24,517 nucleotides of DNA from a virus (Duplodnaviria; Caudoviricetes): positions 1 through 24,517 of the IMG/VR virus record IMGVR_UViG_3300040985_001197; one strand, given 5' to 3'. Numbering within the stretch: the stretch's first letter is position 1; every line of letters starts with the position of its first letter. This document shows positions 8,082-17,555 of this stretch, one piece after another. The position numbers and the translations under genes are program-made. Below the pieces are notes generated by a model, which was not told the origin of the DNA, ran no database searches, and saw only the letters and a list, made by a program, of their open reading frames with translations.

Positions 8082-9335
8082 ATGGGGATCCCATCGACCA
8101 TCGGCAAGATCGCAATCAAGGCGCAGGGCTCCGGCTGGGGCACCGCCGAGTCTTCGTTCGCGGGCGCCACGACCTGCGAGTGTGAGGTCTCGATGCCGAG
8201 CCCGGTGCAGGAGTCGATCCAGGCCGAGGTGATGCGCGCGGGCCACTTCGCCACCACGCGCGTTGCGGGCGGCAAGGGGCCGACCGAGATGAGCCTGCGG
8301 ATGCCAATGCACGGATGGAGCACCGCGACCCCGGGCGCCACCGCCAGTGGCGACAACCTGCTGTTGCCTGAGCTCGTGCTGCTCGAGTCGGTGATGGGCG
8401 CGAAGGAAGCCAGTGCCTACCAGGGGTCGGGCGTCACGGGTGGCACGGCCACCGTGGTGGAGATCGCCACGGGCGTGAGCACCGACGTGGGGCACGCCTT
8501 CATGACTGCGGTCAGCGGCGGCTTCTCGGCGGGCTGGGTGAACACCTTCACCGAGCCTGTGCCGGACACGTACACGATGCACGCGGGCGGGTTCAGCGCA
8601 GCGCCGACCGCAGCGCCTAGTCATCTGCTCGGCGGCGTCACGCTGCACATCGACACGACGCAGCCAACGCCGTTCACACTTCAGTTCCTGGGCGCCGACG
8701 ATCGCTCGGCGGTGCGCCTGTGGGACTGCGTGGTGACGAGCGCCACGATCTCGCTCAACGCGCGGGAGCAGCCCACGCTTGAGGTCACGATCCGCGCCGG
8801 CAACTGGACCAACGACGGGACCGGCGGCGCTCCGGCGCTCGCTGCGCTCACCGACCGGCCGCAGATGCCAGTCTGCACGGGTACCAATGGTGCCCGCGTG
8901 GCCGACTCGACGGGCACCAAGCCGCTCACCGAGTGCTCGATCACCATCAGCGCTGAGGTCGTGGACCAGATCCAGTACGACAGCAGCCACGGGATCAACC
9001 GCTTTGTCGTCACCAAGCGCACGGTCGAGGTCGACATGACCGCGCCGGCCGCTGCCACGGGTGTCACGTCGAGCATCCTCGACGACCTGACCAGCCTGAG
9101 CACGCCGGGCCAGTCGGACAGCGCCGTGCAGATCGACGCCAACGCGACCCCGGGCCGGTGCCTGTCGGTGCTGCTGCCCAAGGCGCAGGTGATGGAACTT
9201 CAGGCCATCGAAGATGGTGGCGGACTGGTGGCCATCCGCACCAAGTACGAGCCGGCGCTCTACCTGAGCGACACAGCCAGCACCGGCAGCGTCACAGCGC
9301 CGGGCAACACGCCGTTCCGGCTGGCTTTCCTGTAG
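8082..9335 (+). CDS. Major tail tube protein (417 aa)
   Basis: N-terminal IAIKAQ..WGT, duplicated beta-rich halves (DCVVTSATISL, ECSITISAEV, LSVLLPKAQV), and position before chaperone and tape measure. Confidence 0.72.
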   Translation: MGIPSTIGKIAIKAQGSGWGTAESSFAGATTCECEVSMPSPVQESIQAEVMRAGHFATTRVAGGKGPTEMSLRMPMHGWSTATPGATASGDNLLLPELVLLESVMGAKEASAYQGSGVTGGTATVVEIATGVSTDVGHAFMTAVSGGFSAGWVNTFTEPVPDTYTMHAGGFSAAPTAAPSHLLGGVTLHIDTTQPTPFTLQFLGADDRSAVRLWDCVVTSATISLNAREQPTLEVTIRAGNWTNDGTGGAPALAALTDRPQMPVCTGTNGARVADSTGTKPLTECSITISAEVVDQIQYDSSHGINRFVVTKRTVEVDMTAPAAATGVTSSILDDLTSLSTPGQSDSAVQIDANATPGRCLSVLLPKAQVMELQAIEDGGGLVAIRTKYEPALYLSDTASTGSVTAPGNTPFRLAFL

Positions 9336-9375
9336 GGCGTACCAATCACTCAGGCCGCTGTGGGAGGTGGTGTGA

Positions 9376-9768
9376 ATGCTAGGATTGACGAGAACGGACG
9401 AGACCCAGGAGCTGATCTGCGAGTCAGATCCAGCGCTCGGGGGCGAGGCTGATACGTGGAGACCACCGACCGGCACAGAGGCGAGCGACTGCACGGTGCT
9501 GGTGATGCGCGCGCTGTCGCAGGTGCAGATCCTGCGGCTGGTGCCAGCGCTTCAGGGAGCCTCGGGCGAGGAGGCCGACGCAGCCTCGATGCACGAGGCG
9601 TTTCTGGCGGTCTGCCGGGCTGCGTTCGTCGAGGTGCGCGAGGCATCGGTGTACACCGAGGACGTGGCGGCGCTCGACTACCTGAGCGTGGGGCAGGCCA
9701 TCAGCCTGGGCTCGTGGGTGCTGGAGGAGTCGCAGCCCACTACGGACCCCACCAGGGCCAGCGCATAA
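9376..9768 (+). CDS. Tail assembly chaperone (gpG-like, 130 aa)
   Basis: Acidic small protein between tube and tape measure, with GGAGGT upstream. Ends ...TDPTRASA. Confidence 0.72.
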   Translation: MLGLTRTDETQELICESDPALGGEADTWRPPTGTEASDCTVLVMRALSQVQILRLVPALQGASGEEADAASMHEAFLAVCRAAFVEVREASVYTEDVAALDYLSVGQAISLGSWVLEESQPTTDPTRASA

Positions 9769-10076
9769 GGGCCGCGGTCTGGCTCGATGCGTTGGCCAAG
9801 TATCACGCGCTCGGGTGCGCCGATGGCGACAGGGCCGAGTGCAAGGGCGACTGCTCGCACAAGGCGGGCACGTACCTGTCGCGGGAGTACGCGCGGTGTC
9901 CCGTGGCCGAGGTCATGGACGATGGGCGGCTCGCGTTCGTGATGAGCCTGGACCGCGCCGAGCGCGCCGGCTTCGGGCTGGGGCAGGCTCACGAGTGGGC
10001 CGCCTGGGTGCCTGCGCTGCTCGCCGAGTACCGGGGCGCAGTGGCTGACCGCATGCACAGCGCCAAGGGGACCTGA
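9747..10076 (+). CDS. Probable -1 frameshift extension of the chaperone (gpGT-like), Cys-rich
   Basis: The -1 frame is open across the chaperone stop up to a TGATG overlap with the tape measure, with no convincing start or SD of its own. Candidate slip at GAC CCC ACC (C4 run 9747-9750). Confidence 0.6.
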   Translation, partial: PHQGQRIRAAVWLDALAKYHALGCADGDRAECKGDCSHKAGTYLSREYARCPVAEVMDDGRLAFVMSLDRAERAGFGLGQAHEWAAWVPALLAEYRGAVADRMHSAKGT

Positions 10077-11935
10077 TGGCTGGGCCTACACTGAGCGTCA
10101 ACATCCTGACGAGCGCGCGGGACGCTGCCAGCGCCACGATCAAGCAGGTGACGAAGAACACCGGCAAGATGAACGCGGCCAGCAGGCGGGCGGCAGCGCA
10201 GCAGAAGAAAGCCAACGCGGTGGCCGAACGCGGGCGGCAGGCCATGCTCAGCCTGGCGACTGGCATGGCCGCGGTGGCGTCGGCGGCTATCGCGCTGACC
10301 AAGATCAAGGGGCTGGCTGACGACTTCGCCAAGTACGGCGACAACGTGGCCAAGAGTTCGGTTCAGATCGGCCTGAGCGTCGCCGAGTTCCAGCGGCTCG
10401 ACCACGCGCTGGTTATCTCTGGTTCGTCGATGGAGGAGCAGCAGGGCGCTTTCCGCCGGTTCGCGAAGACGGCGCGGGATGCGGCCGCGGGCGTGAAGAT
10501 CGCGCGCGATGCGTTCGATCGGATCGGCGTCTCGGTCCAAGACAGCAGCGGCGAGTTCCGCGGCGTGCGGGAACTGCTGGGCGAGGTCGCAGAGAAGTTC
10601 CGCGGCGTGACATCAGACGTTGAGCGCTCCGCACTCGCTCAGGATCTGTTCGGGCGCTCAGGCGCCAAGATGCTCAACTTCCTGGCGCTCGGCAGCAAGG
10701 GGATAAGCGACCTAGGGGATGAGGCCGAGCGGCTCGGCGTCGTGATGTCCGAGCAAGGCACGAAGACCGCCGAGCGCTACACGGATTCGATGGCGCGGCT
10801 GGAGGCGGCTGCGCTCGGCGCTAAGAACCGGATCGGCGAGTGGATGGCCGAGAGCATCGAGTCGGGCGTGCATCTGAAGGGCGCCTTCATCATCCTTGAG
10901 AAGTTCAACAGCCTGATGGCTGACACGCCTGAGCCTGTGGCCGAGACCACCGAGGAGATGCACGCGCTGCTCAACGTGGTGGCCAACCTGCCGCCGCAGT
11001 TTCAGGGGCTGTACGAGGAACTCGACGCAGGCGTGGCCGCGTGGGAGGCGCAGCAACTGGCGATCGAGCGCACGCGCAACGAGATGGAGCACACGGCGCG
11101 CGTGATGGCCACGGCCAACCTGGACCTATTCAAGGACATGGAGGCCGCAGCCGAGCGCGCATTTAGCGCTGGCACCAAGGCAAGCCGGAGGCCAGGCAAG
11201 GGCCGGCGCTCGTCGAGGGCTGCCAAGGCGGCCGACCCACTCGCCGGCTTCAGCGAGGCCACCGACAAGGACTTTCAGCGCGACATCGGGATCCGCGCCG
11301 CTCAGGACGAGTTGGCGATCGCCAAGGCCAAGAACGAAGTTGACCGGGTGGCGCTGACGCTACAGGCGCAGATGAACGCCATCCGCCGAGACCAGGCCGG
11401 CGGGCTCGATCCGAAGATCGCCGGGCTCCAGCGCGAGATCGTGCTGCAAGAGGAGGCCAACCGGCTAGCCGCCGAGGCTGTGGCCAATGAGCAGCTGCTA
11501 CGCGATGCGCGCTGGGCATCGGCTGATGCTGTGGTCTCAGGCGTGACGGGGCTGATCGGTGCCTTCAGCCAAAGCGACAAGGCTCGGCGCGTCACTGCTG
11601 GGATCGAGGGCGCAATGCAGGTGGCCTATGCCGCGGCAGCCTGGGCGACTCCAGGGATGCAAGCGCAGGCCATTGGCCACACAGCGGCGGCGGCTCAGTT
11701 CTTTGCCGTTGCTGGTGGCGCAGGCGGTGGAGGGGGATCCCGTGGCGGCTCGTCGGGCTCCGGCTCGTCTCCCGCGTCGAGCAGTGCGGGATCCTCCTCC
11801 TCTGCACAAGGCGGCGGGCCGTCGCAGGTCGTGGTCCAGATCAACGGGCTGGTGAGCCAGCAGGACGTCGCGCATGGAGTGCAGACTGCGATCCACGCAG
11901 CGCGCGGCACCGGCAACGTCGGGGCTGGGATCTAG
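10076..11935 (+). CDS. Tail tape measure protein (619 aa)
   Basis: Ala-rich helical protein with the typical block AFDRIGVSVQDSSGEFR...ERSALAQDLFGRSG...EAERLGVVMS, and C-terminal VVVQING after a G/S linker. Confidence 0.9.
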   Translation: MAGPTLSVNILTSARDAASATIKQVTKNTGKMNAASRRAAAQQKKANAVAERGRQAMLSLATGMAAVASAAIALTKIKGLADDFAKYGDNVAKSSVQIGLSVAEFQRLDHALVISGSSMEEQQGAFRRFAKTARDAAAGVKIARDAFDRIGVSVQDSSGEFRGVRELLGEVAEKFRGVTSDVERSALAQDLFGRSGAKMLNFLALGSKGISDLGDEAERLGVVMSEQGTKTAERYTDSMARLEAAALGAKNRIGEWMAESIESGVHLKGAFIILEKFNSLMADTPEPVAETTEEMHALLNVVANLPPQFQGLYEELDAGVAAWEAQQLAIERTRNEMEHTARVMATANLDLFKDMEAAAERAFSAGTKASRRPGKGRRSSRAAKAADPLAGFSEATDKDFQRDIGIRAAQDELAIAKAKNEVDRVALTLQAQMNAIRRDQAGGLDPKIAGLQREIVLQEEANRLAAEAVANEQLLRDARWASADAVVSGVTGLIGAFSQSDKARRVTAGIEGAMQVAYAAAAWATPGMQAQAIGHTAAAAQFFAVAGGAGGGGGSRGGSSGSGSSPASSSAGSSSSAQGGGPSQVVVQINGLVSQQDVAHGVQTAIHAARGTGNVGAGI

Positions 11936-12570
11936 TGGCGTCGGCGCTTCGGTCTGGGCTCGCGCTCGTTGACGCCGGGTGGACCGGCGTGGTGACTGTG
12001 ACCATCGGCGCAGTCGTCGCCACCGTGCAGCCGCAGGGGCGCATGAGCGCTGCGGCTGTGTGGGCCTACCTGCTACAGGAATCAACGAGGCTGCACGGGG
12101 GCTCATGGTCAGGCTACGTCGACAGCTCCGACAAGCTCTACATTGCCGGCACCGCTGGCAATTTCACGCTGGCTGCCACGGGCGTCACGCAGACGCGCCT
12201 AGGGCTCACCGGCACGTACACGGGCGCAGGCTCATACACAGCCGACGTCGCGCACTACGGCGCGGTAACGCCTAGCCTGGGGCTGCGGTACGATGGGGGC
12301 GACGCTGCGCTGGCGGGCAGGCCCGCAGGCGCCACAGGTGCGCTGGGCTCAGGTGGCGCCTGGGCGTCAGAGGCTGGCGGGCTCGCGTGCTATGGGACCA
12401 TCGCCGAGCTCGTGGCGCTTGAGGCGACGCTGATGGCTGCGAACGTGTACGACGTGTGGCTTGATGGGCGCATGCTCGCAAAGGTCCACATGGGCAACGT
12501 GACGCGCTCGAGGTGGGGCGCGCACGCTGACCGGTGCATGCTGACAGTGGCAGCGCAGGCGGTGCGCTGA
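11935..12570 (+). CDS. Putative distal tail / tail-tip protein (211 aa)
   Basis: Coupled directly after the tape measure. Gly/Thr/Ala beta-rich composition. Confidence 0.55.
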   Translation: MASALRSGLALVDAGWTGVVTVTIGAVVATVQPQGRMSAAAVWAYLLQESTRLHGGSWSGYVDSSDKLYIAGTAGNFTLAATGVTQTRLGLTGTYTGAGSYTADVAHYGAVTPSLGLRYDGGDAALAGRPAGATGALGSGGAWASEAGGLACYGTIAELVALEATLMAANVYDVWLDGRMLAKVHMGNVTRSRWGAHADRCMLTVAAQAVR

Positions 12571-13271
12571 TGGCTGACCCGTGGCCGCTGCCGGGCTCGT
12601 GGCTGTACTCGTGGGTGGACACCGACGTTGCAGGCTATCGGGCGATCGACATCGGCGGCACGCCCGTGACTGTGACGGCGGGCTACTACCGCTGGCCGGA
12701 CTACATCACGCAGTTGGATGCCGACCTGACCTCGACGGCTTCCTGGGCTGCTGCTGTGGACACGTTCGGGCGGCTCACACTATCCGGCGCCTCCGCTGTG
12801 GTGACATGGGGCGACCGGGCCGGCTGGCTGTGCGGGTTCGCTGCTGAGCCGACCCAAGCGACGCCTGCGGCTGTGACATCTATCACGAGCATGCTGCCAC
12901 CACCGGGCGGGCTGCCGCTTATCTCGGCGATGTGGGAGGAGGTCAGCATTGAGGCGCAGCGGCAGATCACCGTTGACCAGGGCGCTCGTGCCTGGGGCTA
13001 TGCGTTCGGCTCTGCGCGCGTGTGGCGCTGGCGGCTGGAGATGCACCACACATCGCTTGAGGCGCTGCGCCAGGGCTGGATGCGCTCCGGCAAGGTGACG
13101 CTGGCGAGCTATGCGCCGGGCTCGTTCGGCGGCTCGAGCGCCTGGGATTCGAGCACGCTCGACGGCCACCTTGACGCCTACGTGATAGGAATGGAGTCGG
13201 CGCAGCCCGTGTCCGCAGCGGTGCGGGACTTCTGGGCCGTCACGCTCATCGTCACAGAGGCAGGCCCATAA
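12570..13271 (+). CDS. Putative tail-tip protein (233 aa)
   Basis: TGATG overlap gives the start at 12570 (MADPWPLP...). Trp-rich and weakly similar to the preceding gene. Confidence 0.55.
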   Translation: MADPWPLPGSWLYSWVDTDVAGYRAIDIGGTPVTVTAGYYRWPDYITQLDADLTSTASWAAAVDTFGRLTLSGASAVVTWGDRAGWLCGFAAEPTQATPAAVTSITSMLPPPGGLPLISAMWEEVSIEAQRQITVDQGARAWGYAFGSARVWRWRLEMHHTSLEALRQGWMRSGKVTLASYAPGSFGGSSAWDSSTLDGHLDAYVIGMESAQPVSAAVRDFWAVTLIVTEAGP

Positions 13272-15811
13272 TGGCCACAGCATGGGCCGACCTGATCAAG
13301 CGTGGTTATCGGGTGCATCACTCCGTGACCATCGAGGGGATCCCGTATCTGTTCGCGGCGGGGCTGCCGCGCCGGGTAGACGCTGCGGCATCGCCGAGCC
13401 TGCCGAGCGGCTACACGTCTGATCTGGACGTGCTCTGGATCACCGAGGGACAGGCCGTCGGCATCGAGCTAGACCGGCAAACCGGGGTCAGCCGCGGGAC
13501 CGCGTGGGATGTGATCCTGTCCTGGCAGGGGCTCGAGGATGCCGGGATCCTCGATGATCTGTTCGGCAGGCCCACGCTCAGGGCGGAGCTCACTGCCGAC
13601 CTCGACAGCGCGGCGACCACCATCACCGTGGACAGCACGTCGGGCATGACCGGGCTGGCGCACCTATACCTAGGGCGCGAGACCATCACGTTCTCCGGCT
13701 CCAGCGGCACCACGTTTACCGGCTGCACCCGCGGAGTGGTGGGCACGCACGTTGGCTCCGTCGCCTACGACTACCAGCAGAATTCGCCCAGCGTGTACCG
13801 CGTCGTCGCTGACCGGCCGCAGGTGTGGCGCGGGCGCTTCGTTGAGTTGCACGGGCACCTTGTCTCGCCAGAGGGGCGCATCGTCGCGTCGACCTGGTGC
13901 GCTGGCGACTATCACCGCGTGCTCTGGCGTGGGTACATCGACGCATCACCCAGGCCGACGCTCGAGGGCATGGCGCTGCGAGCGCTGCCGCTGTGCAGGC
14001 TGCTGGCTGCGGATGTGGGCTATGATGTGGCGGCTAAGGTGGCCGGCTACCCGTCCGAGTTCAACAGCTGGGCAGAGGCAGCGGCGTTCCCGGTGTACGC
14101 AACACCGGGCGCGCAGGTGTCGATCTCGGTGGAGTACGGGGGCGCAGGCTCGGGCACGTGGACCTACAGCGGGCCGGCTATCGGAGCGTCTGCCGATCCC
14201 ATGACGCTGGGCGAGTGGGTCTCAATGGTCCACACAGAGTTGCAGACTGAGGTGGCTGGTGAAGCGTGGCTGTCGGCAGCGTTTGCAGACGCTGGCGGTG
14301 GCGGGCTGTTTGGGGGCGCGGGCGGTGTGCATGCGTTCGGGATCAAGCTGTTCGCTGCCGCTACCTACTCGATCAACGCAGCTACGGGCGGGCCGAAGGG
14401 CGGAGCCTACTGGGTGACTGACGCTGAGCCGCTGGTGCTGGGCGGCGGCGGCGTCGGTGTCGCTGCGCTGCTCAAGTTCCCGGTCAAGATCATGGGCGAC
14501 GACGGAGGATGGCTGGGCGTCTATCAGTCCGACGGAGACGCGTGGCAAGACGTGGCCATGCCTAGCGCCGGGCTCGGGGTGCTGGAGTCTGACGACGCGC
14601 GCGAGGTTATCCGGTGGGAGGCGAGCAACGCGGCGGGGGCTCCGTTGATCTTCCTGCATGTGGTTCAGCGCGGGCTCGGCTTCACTCCCAAGGTCGACAT
14701 CGTAGCAGGCGCAACGCTCAAGGTTGCATCGGGCACCATAGCCGCGCCGCAGGTGGCGGCGCTGCGGATTATCGAGTCGAGCGGCACCACTGAGCGCGGC
14801 ACCTATGACACGCTCGCGCTAGGGTTCGGGCTAGGTGTGCCGGACACGTTCGTCAACGAGGCTAGTTTTGGCTACGGGCTGCTCTCTACGTGGCAGAATA
14901 CCCACGCGGTAGCCACGGGGCGCAGCTCCGTTGAGAGCATCCTCGGCGGCTGGTACGCGCTGCACTCCAGGTGCATAACCCAACGGCCCGACCCTACGAG
15001 CAATGACAGCGTTCTGATGGGTGTGAGCACCCAGCCGACCACGTACCCGTTCGCGACTGAGCTAGCCAAGGCCGACGTGCTGCTGTCCACGGTCGACACG
15101 CCCGAGCTCGCCGAGTGGCCTAACGCGGTGCGCGTCATTCGGGATGGGATCAGCGACATCACCGACGTCGTGGTTCACGACGTGCCCAGGATCCAGGCCG
15201 AGGGGCCGAGGTCTATGGACATCCGCGCGCCGTCTATCCCCGTGCCTGTGGCTGTCGGGTTCGCGATCAACCTCACACACGCTGGTGACGGGCAGGCGCT
15301 GCTAGCCATGTCGGTGGGGCCGTGGGTCAACCTGCACGTGGGCGATCCGTGCAAGGTGACGATAGCGCATCCGCTGCTATTCGACTGGGCCGCCGGGAGC
15401 CGGGCGCCTGCCACGGTATACGCGCGCGTGGTGGGCTGGTCGCTGGACCTATACACAGGCGCGCAGCGGCTCACGCTGCTGCTCGCCGGGCAGGCAGTGG
15501 AGACGCAGTACCTGTGCCCGAGCGCCACCGTGGTCACCAAGGATTCCAGTACGCAGGTGACGCTCACGGCGGGCGAGGGTGCCTACTTCGTGGGCGGTGA
15601 CGTGGTGACGATCTACGCCAGGGGCCAGGAGTCGAGTCGCGAGGCCACCTATACGATCAACACGGTTGTGGGCGATGTGGTCACGTTCACAGGCGCGCTG
15701 GCGTCGTGGGTTGGCACTGGCTCGATCCAGACCTATCCGCCGAGGGCGAGCGCGACCGCCAGCCAAGATGACTTCATGTACGACAACGCAGCCAACACGT
15801 GGGAGCCATAG
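13271..15811 (+). CDS. Large tail-tip / hub protein (846 aa)
   Basis: Largest gene after the tape measure. Contains TTITVDSTSG...ETITFSG..GTTFTGCTRG (a common virion insertion domain), VLWRGYI, and hub-like LHVGDPCKVT...ARVVGWSLD. Confidence 0.68.
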   Translation: MATAWADLIKRGYRVHHSVTIEGIPYLFAAGLPRRVDAAASPSLPSGYTSDLDVLWITEGQAVGIELDRQTGVSRGTAWDVILSWQGLEDAGILDDLFGRPTLRAELTADLDSAATTITVDSTSGMTGLAHLYLGRETITFSGSSGTTFTGCTRGVVGTHVGSVAYDYQQNSPSVYRVVADRPQVWRGRFVELHGHLVSPEGRIVASTWCAGDYHRVLWRGYIDASPRPTLEGMALRALPLCRLLAADVGYDVAAKVAGYPSEFNSWAEAAAFPVYATPGAQVSISVEYGGAGSGTWTYSGPAIGASADPMTLGEWVSMVHTELQTEVAGEAWLSAAFADAGGGGLFGGAGGVHAFGIKLFAAATYSINAATGGPKGGAYWVTDAEPLVLGGGGVGVAALLKFPVKIMGDDGGWLGVYQSDGDAWQDVAMPSAGLGVLESDDAREVIRWEASNAAGAPLIFLHVVQRGLGFTPKVDIVAGATLKVASGTIAAPQVAALRIIESSGTTERGTYDTLALGFGLGVPDTFVNEASFGYGLLSTWQNTHAVATGRSSVESILGGWYALHSRCITQRPDPTSNDSVLMGVSTQPTTYPFATELAKADVLLSTVDTPELAEWPNAVRVIRDGISDITDVVVHDVPRIQAEGPRSMDIRAPSIPVPVAVGFAINLTHAGDGQALLAMSVGPWVNLHVGDPCKVTIAHPLLFDWAAGSRAPATVYARVVGWSLDLYTGAQRLTLLLAGQAVETQYLCPSATVVTKDSSTQVTLTAGEGAYFVGGDVVTIYARGQESSREATYTINTVVGDVVTFTGALASWVGTGSIQTYPPRASATASQDDFMYDNAANTWEP

Positions 15812-15814
15812 GGC

Positions 15815-16753
15815 ATGGCCTACACAGCGATCGAAAACGACAGCCTGGCGCCGGGCACGCCGGGCTCTGCGACCGTGTGGCACACGCTCACCGACAACCA
15901 CGACGCAGCGTATGAGGAGTACGCGCCGCCGATCGCTGCGTGCGCTGTAGACGTCACGATCGACGCCACGAGCGCCACCACGGTGCTGCGCTTTCAGATG
16001 CCAGCCAATGAGGACAACGAGGATCTGGCGGTCTGGGTGCGCTGGAAGATGGATAGCGGGCCGACGCTGAGCACCATGACCGTGCTCGTGGACTCATCGA
16101 GCATCGGCACCATCACCACGACCTCGACCAGCTTCACGAACCAGACGCTCACAGGTACGCCGACGGGCACGGGCACGCGCGAGGTGGAGATCCAGTTGCA
16201 CCGGACCGGCGGCAGCGGCGGCGATAACGCCTACATCGAGGCGGTGTGCCTGTATCTGTCGCCAGCGGCACCGGCTGCGGGGATCTTGTCGTCTGGCTTC
16301 ATTCGAGCCGACTCGGGGTGGTACACAGCAGACCAGCCGATCCCGTCTGAGCGCGCGGCGCGGCTGCTCAATGGGCCGCCGCTCATCGCTCGAGACCGGC
16401 CCGCGTGCGTGTTCACGATGGCGCAGGACCTGGCAGGCGGCGCGGGCCGGCGGTGGGCCGAGAGCGGCAGCAGCTACGCGCTCGTGTTCCGGTGCTGGGT
16501 CGCCAATGCGCGCAACGAGGGCGCGGGGCTGCTGCGGCTCTATGCCTACCCAGACGGGACCAGCACAGCCGTTGCCCACACGCTGGTGGAGTACGGCTCA
16601 CAGACGTGGGCGCTGACGGCTAACGGCTGGGCTACCACGACCGTCTACCCTGTTGAGGGCGGCGGCTGGCTGTCGATCTGGATGAAGGTCGGCAGCGGTT
16701 CGGGTGATGCCTACCCGGGCGCGTTGCAGATATGGCGGGAGCCTGGAACATGA
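15815..16753 (+). CDS. Putative minor tail protein (312 aa)
   Basis: N-terminus MAYTAIENDSLAPGTPGSATVWHTLTDNH looks like a fibre/spike attachment segment, followed by two apparent beta-sandwich regions. Confidence 0.55.
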   Translation: MAYTAIENDSLAPGTPGSATVWHTLTDNHDAAYEEYAPPIAACAVDVTIDATSATTVLRFQMPANEDNEDLAVWVRWKMDSGPTLSTMTVLVDSSSIGTITTTSTSFTNQTLTGTPTGTGTREVEIQLHRTGGSGGDNAYIEAVCLYLSPAAPAAGILSSGFIRADSGWYTADQPIPSERAARLLNGPPLIARDRPACVFTMAQDLAGGAGRRWAESGSSYALVFRCWVANARNEGAGLLRLYAYPDGTSTAVAHTLVEYGSQTWALTANGWATTTVYPVEGGGWLSIWMKVGSGSGDAYPGALQIWREPGT

Positions 16754-17034
16754 GCAAGGCAAGCATCACGCAGCTTCCGCGCGCCACCACATCGGCTGCG
16801 GACGAGGTGCTCACAGACCTGGCGGCCGTGCTGGCGGACTGGGCGGCGCGGCCGGAGGACGGGAGGCCGACAAGGGCGGTGCTCGTGTACCTGCGGGCGG
16901 ACCCGGACAGGGACGACAACACGATTGACCGCGAGGTGCTCGGTCCGGCGGGCTGGTATCCGCATGAGGTGGTCGGGCTGCTGGAAGTGGTCAAGGCGCA
17001 GATCCTGCGCGACACAGCGATCGGTCCAGAATGA
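16750..17034 (+). CDS. Hypothetical protein (94 aa), apparent insertion
   Basis: ATGA overlaps at both ends. The sequence looks non-structural (...HEVVGLLEVVKAQIL) although it lies among virion genes. Confidence 0.65.
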   Translation: MSKASITQLPRATTSAADEVLTDLAAVLADWAARPEDGRPTRAVLVYLRADPDRDDNTIDREVLGPAGWYPHEVVGLLEVVKAQILRDTAIGPE

Positions 17035-17042
17035 GCAAGGCA
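16750..17042 (+). repeat. 12-bp direct repeat ATGAGCAAGGCA (16750-16761 and 17031-17042)
   Basis: Exact match seen in the sequence. Each copy is a stop/start junction. Confidence 0.85.
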
Positions 17043-17555
17043 CCACGCGGCGGGCCGGAGCTGGATCAGGACCTGGGCGCCACCACGCTGCCGGACCCAC
17101 ACGAGGCGTCGATCTCGCTGCTTCAGACGGTGGAGGTCAAGCAGCATGCGCTCATGTCAGGCTGGGGCGGCGCAGGCCACACCTACGGCTGCCACATCAC
17201 CGAGGGCGAGACGAAGACGCTCAATATCCGCGTGCCATCGGGCACCTATCAGGCGCACCTTGGGATCGTGGTCTCGGGCTCTGGCTCAGTGACCATTACC
17301 AGCGACACCGACGCCACGGGCACAACGCTAGCCTGGGCAGTGGCGGGCGCTGACAACGTGGCGGCAGTCCAGACCACGTGGACAAGCGGCACGCTGGCCG
17401 GTGCGGCTGCTGCCACCGGGCGCGACATCGAGGTCAGTTCGGCTGCGTCGTGGCGGTGGGAGAACGAAGCGCTCACGCTGGCGAGCTCGTCAGGCGCAGG
17501 CGAGGACGGGACGATCGTGGGGCTCGTGGTCTACGGCGTTCACTCGGCGGTATAA
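17031..17555 (+). CDS. Putative minor virion protein (174 aa)
   Basis: Coupled start and beta-rich Gly/Thr/Ser composition. Its TAA stop lies within the conserved element. Confidence 0.6.
   Translation: MSKAPRGGPELDQDLGATTLPDPHEASISLLQTVEVKQHALMSGWGGAGHTYGCHITEGETKTLNIRVPSGTYQAHLGIVVSGSGSVTITSDTDATGTTLAWAVAGADNVAAVQTTWTSGTLAGAAAATGRDIEVSSAASWRWENEALTLASSSGAGEDGTIVGLVVYGVHSAV

Noticed and set aside
8055-9494. 479-aa minus-strand ORF
   Set aside because: Antisense shadow of the tail tube gene. It is Arg/Gly-rich with no motifs, as expected from high-GC codon bias.
9456-9746. N-terminal part of the 206-aa ORF 9456-10076 as an independent gene
   Set aside because: It overlaps the chaperone out of frame and reads as Gly/Arg noise. 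Only the part after about 9747 looks coding.
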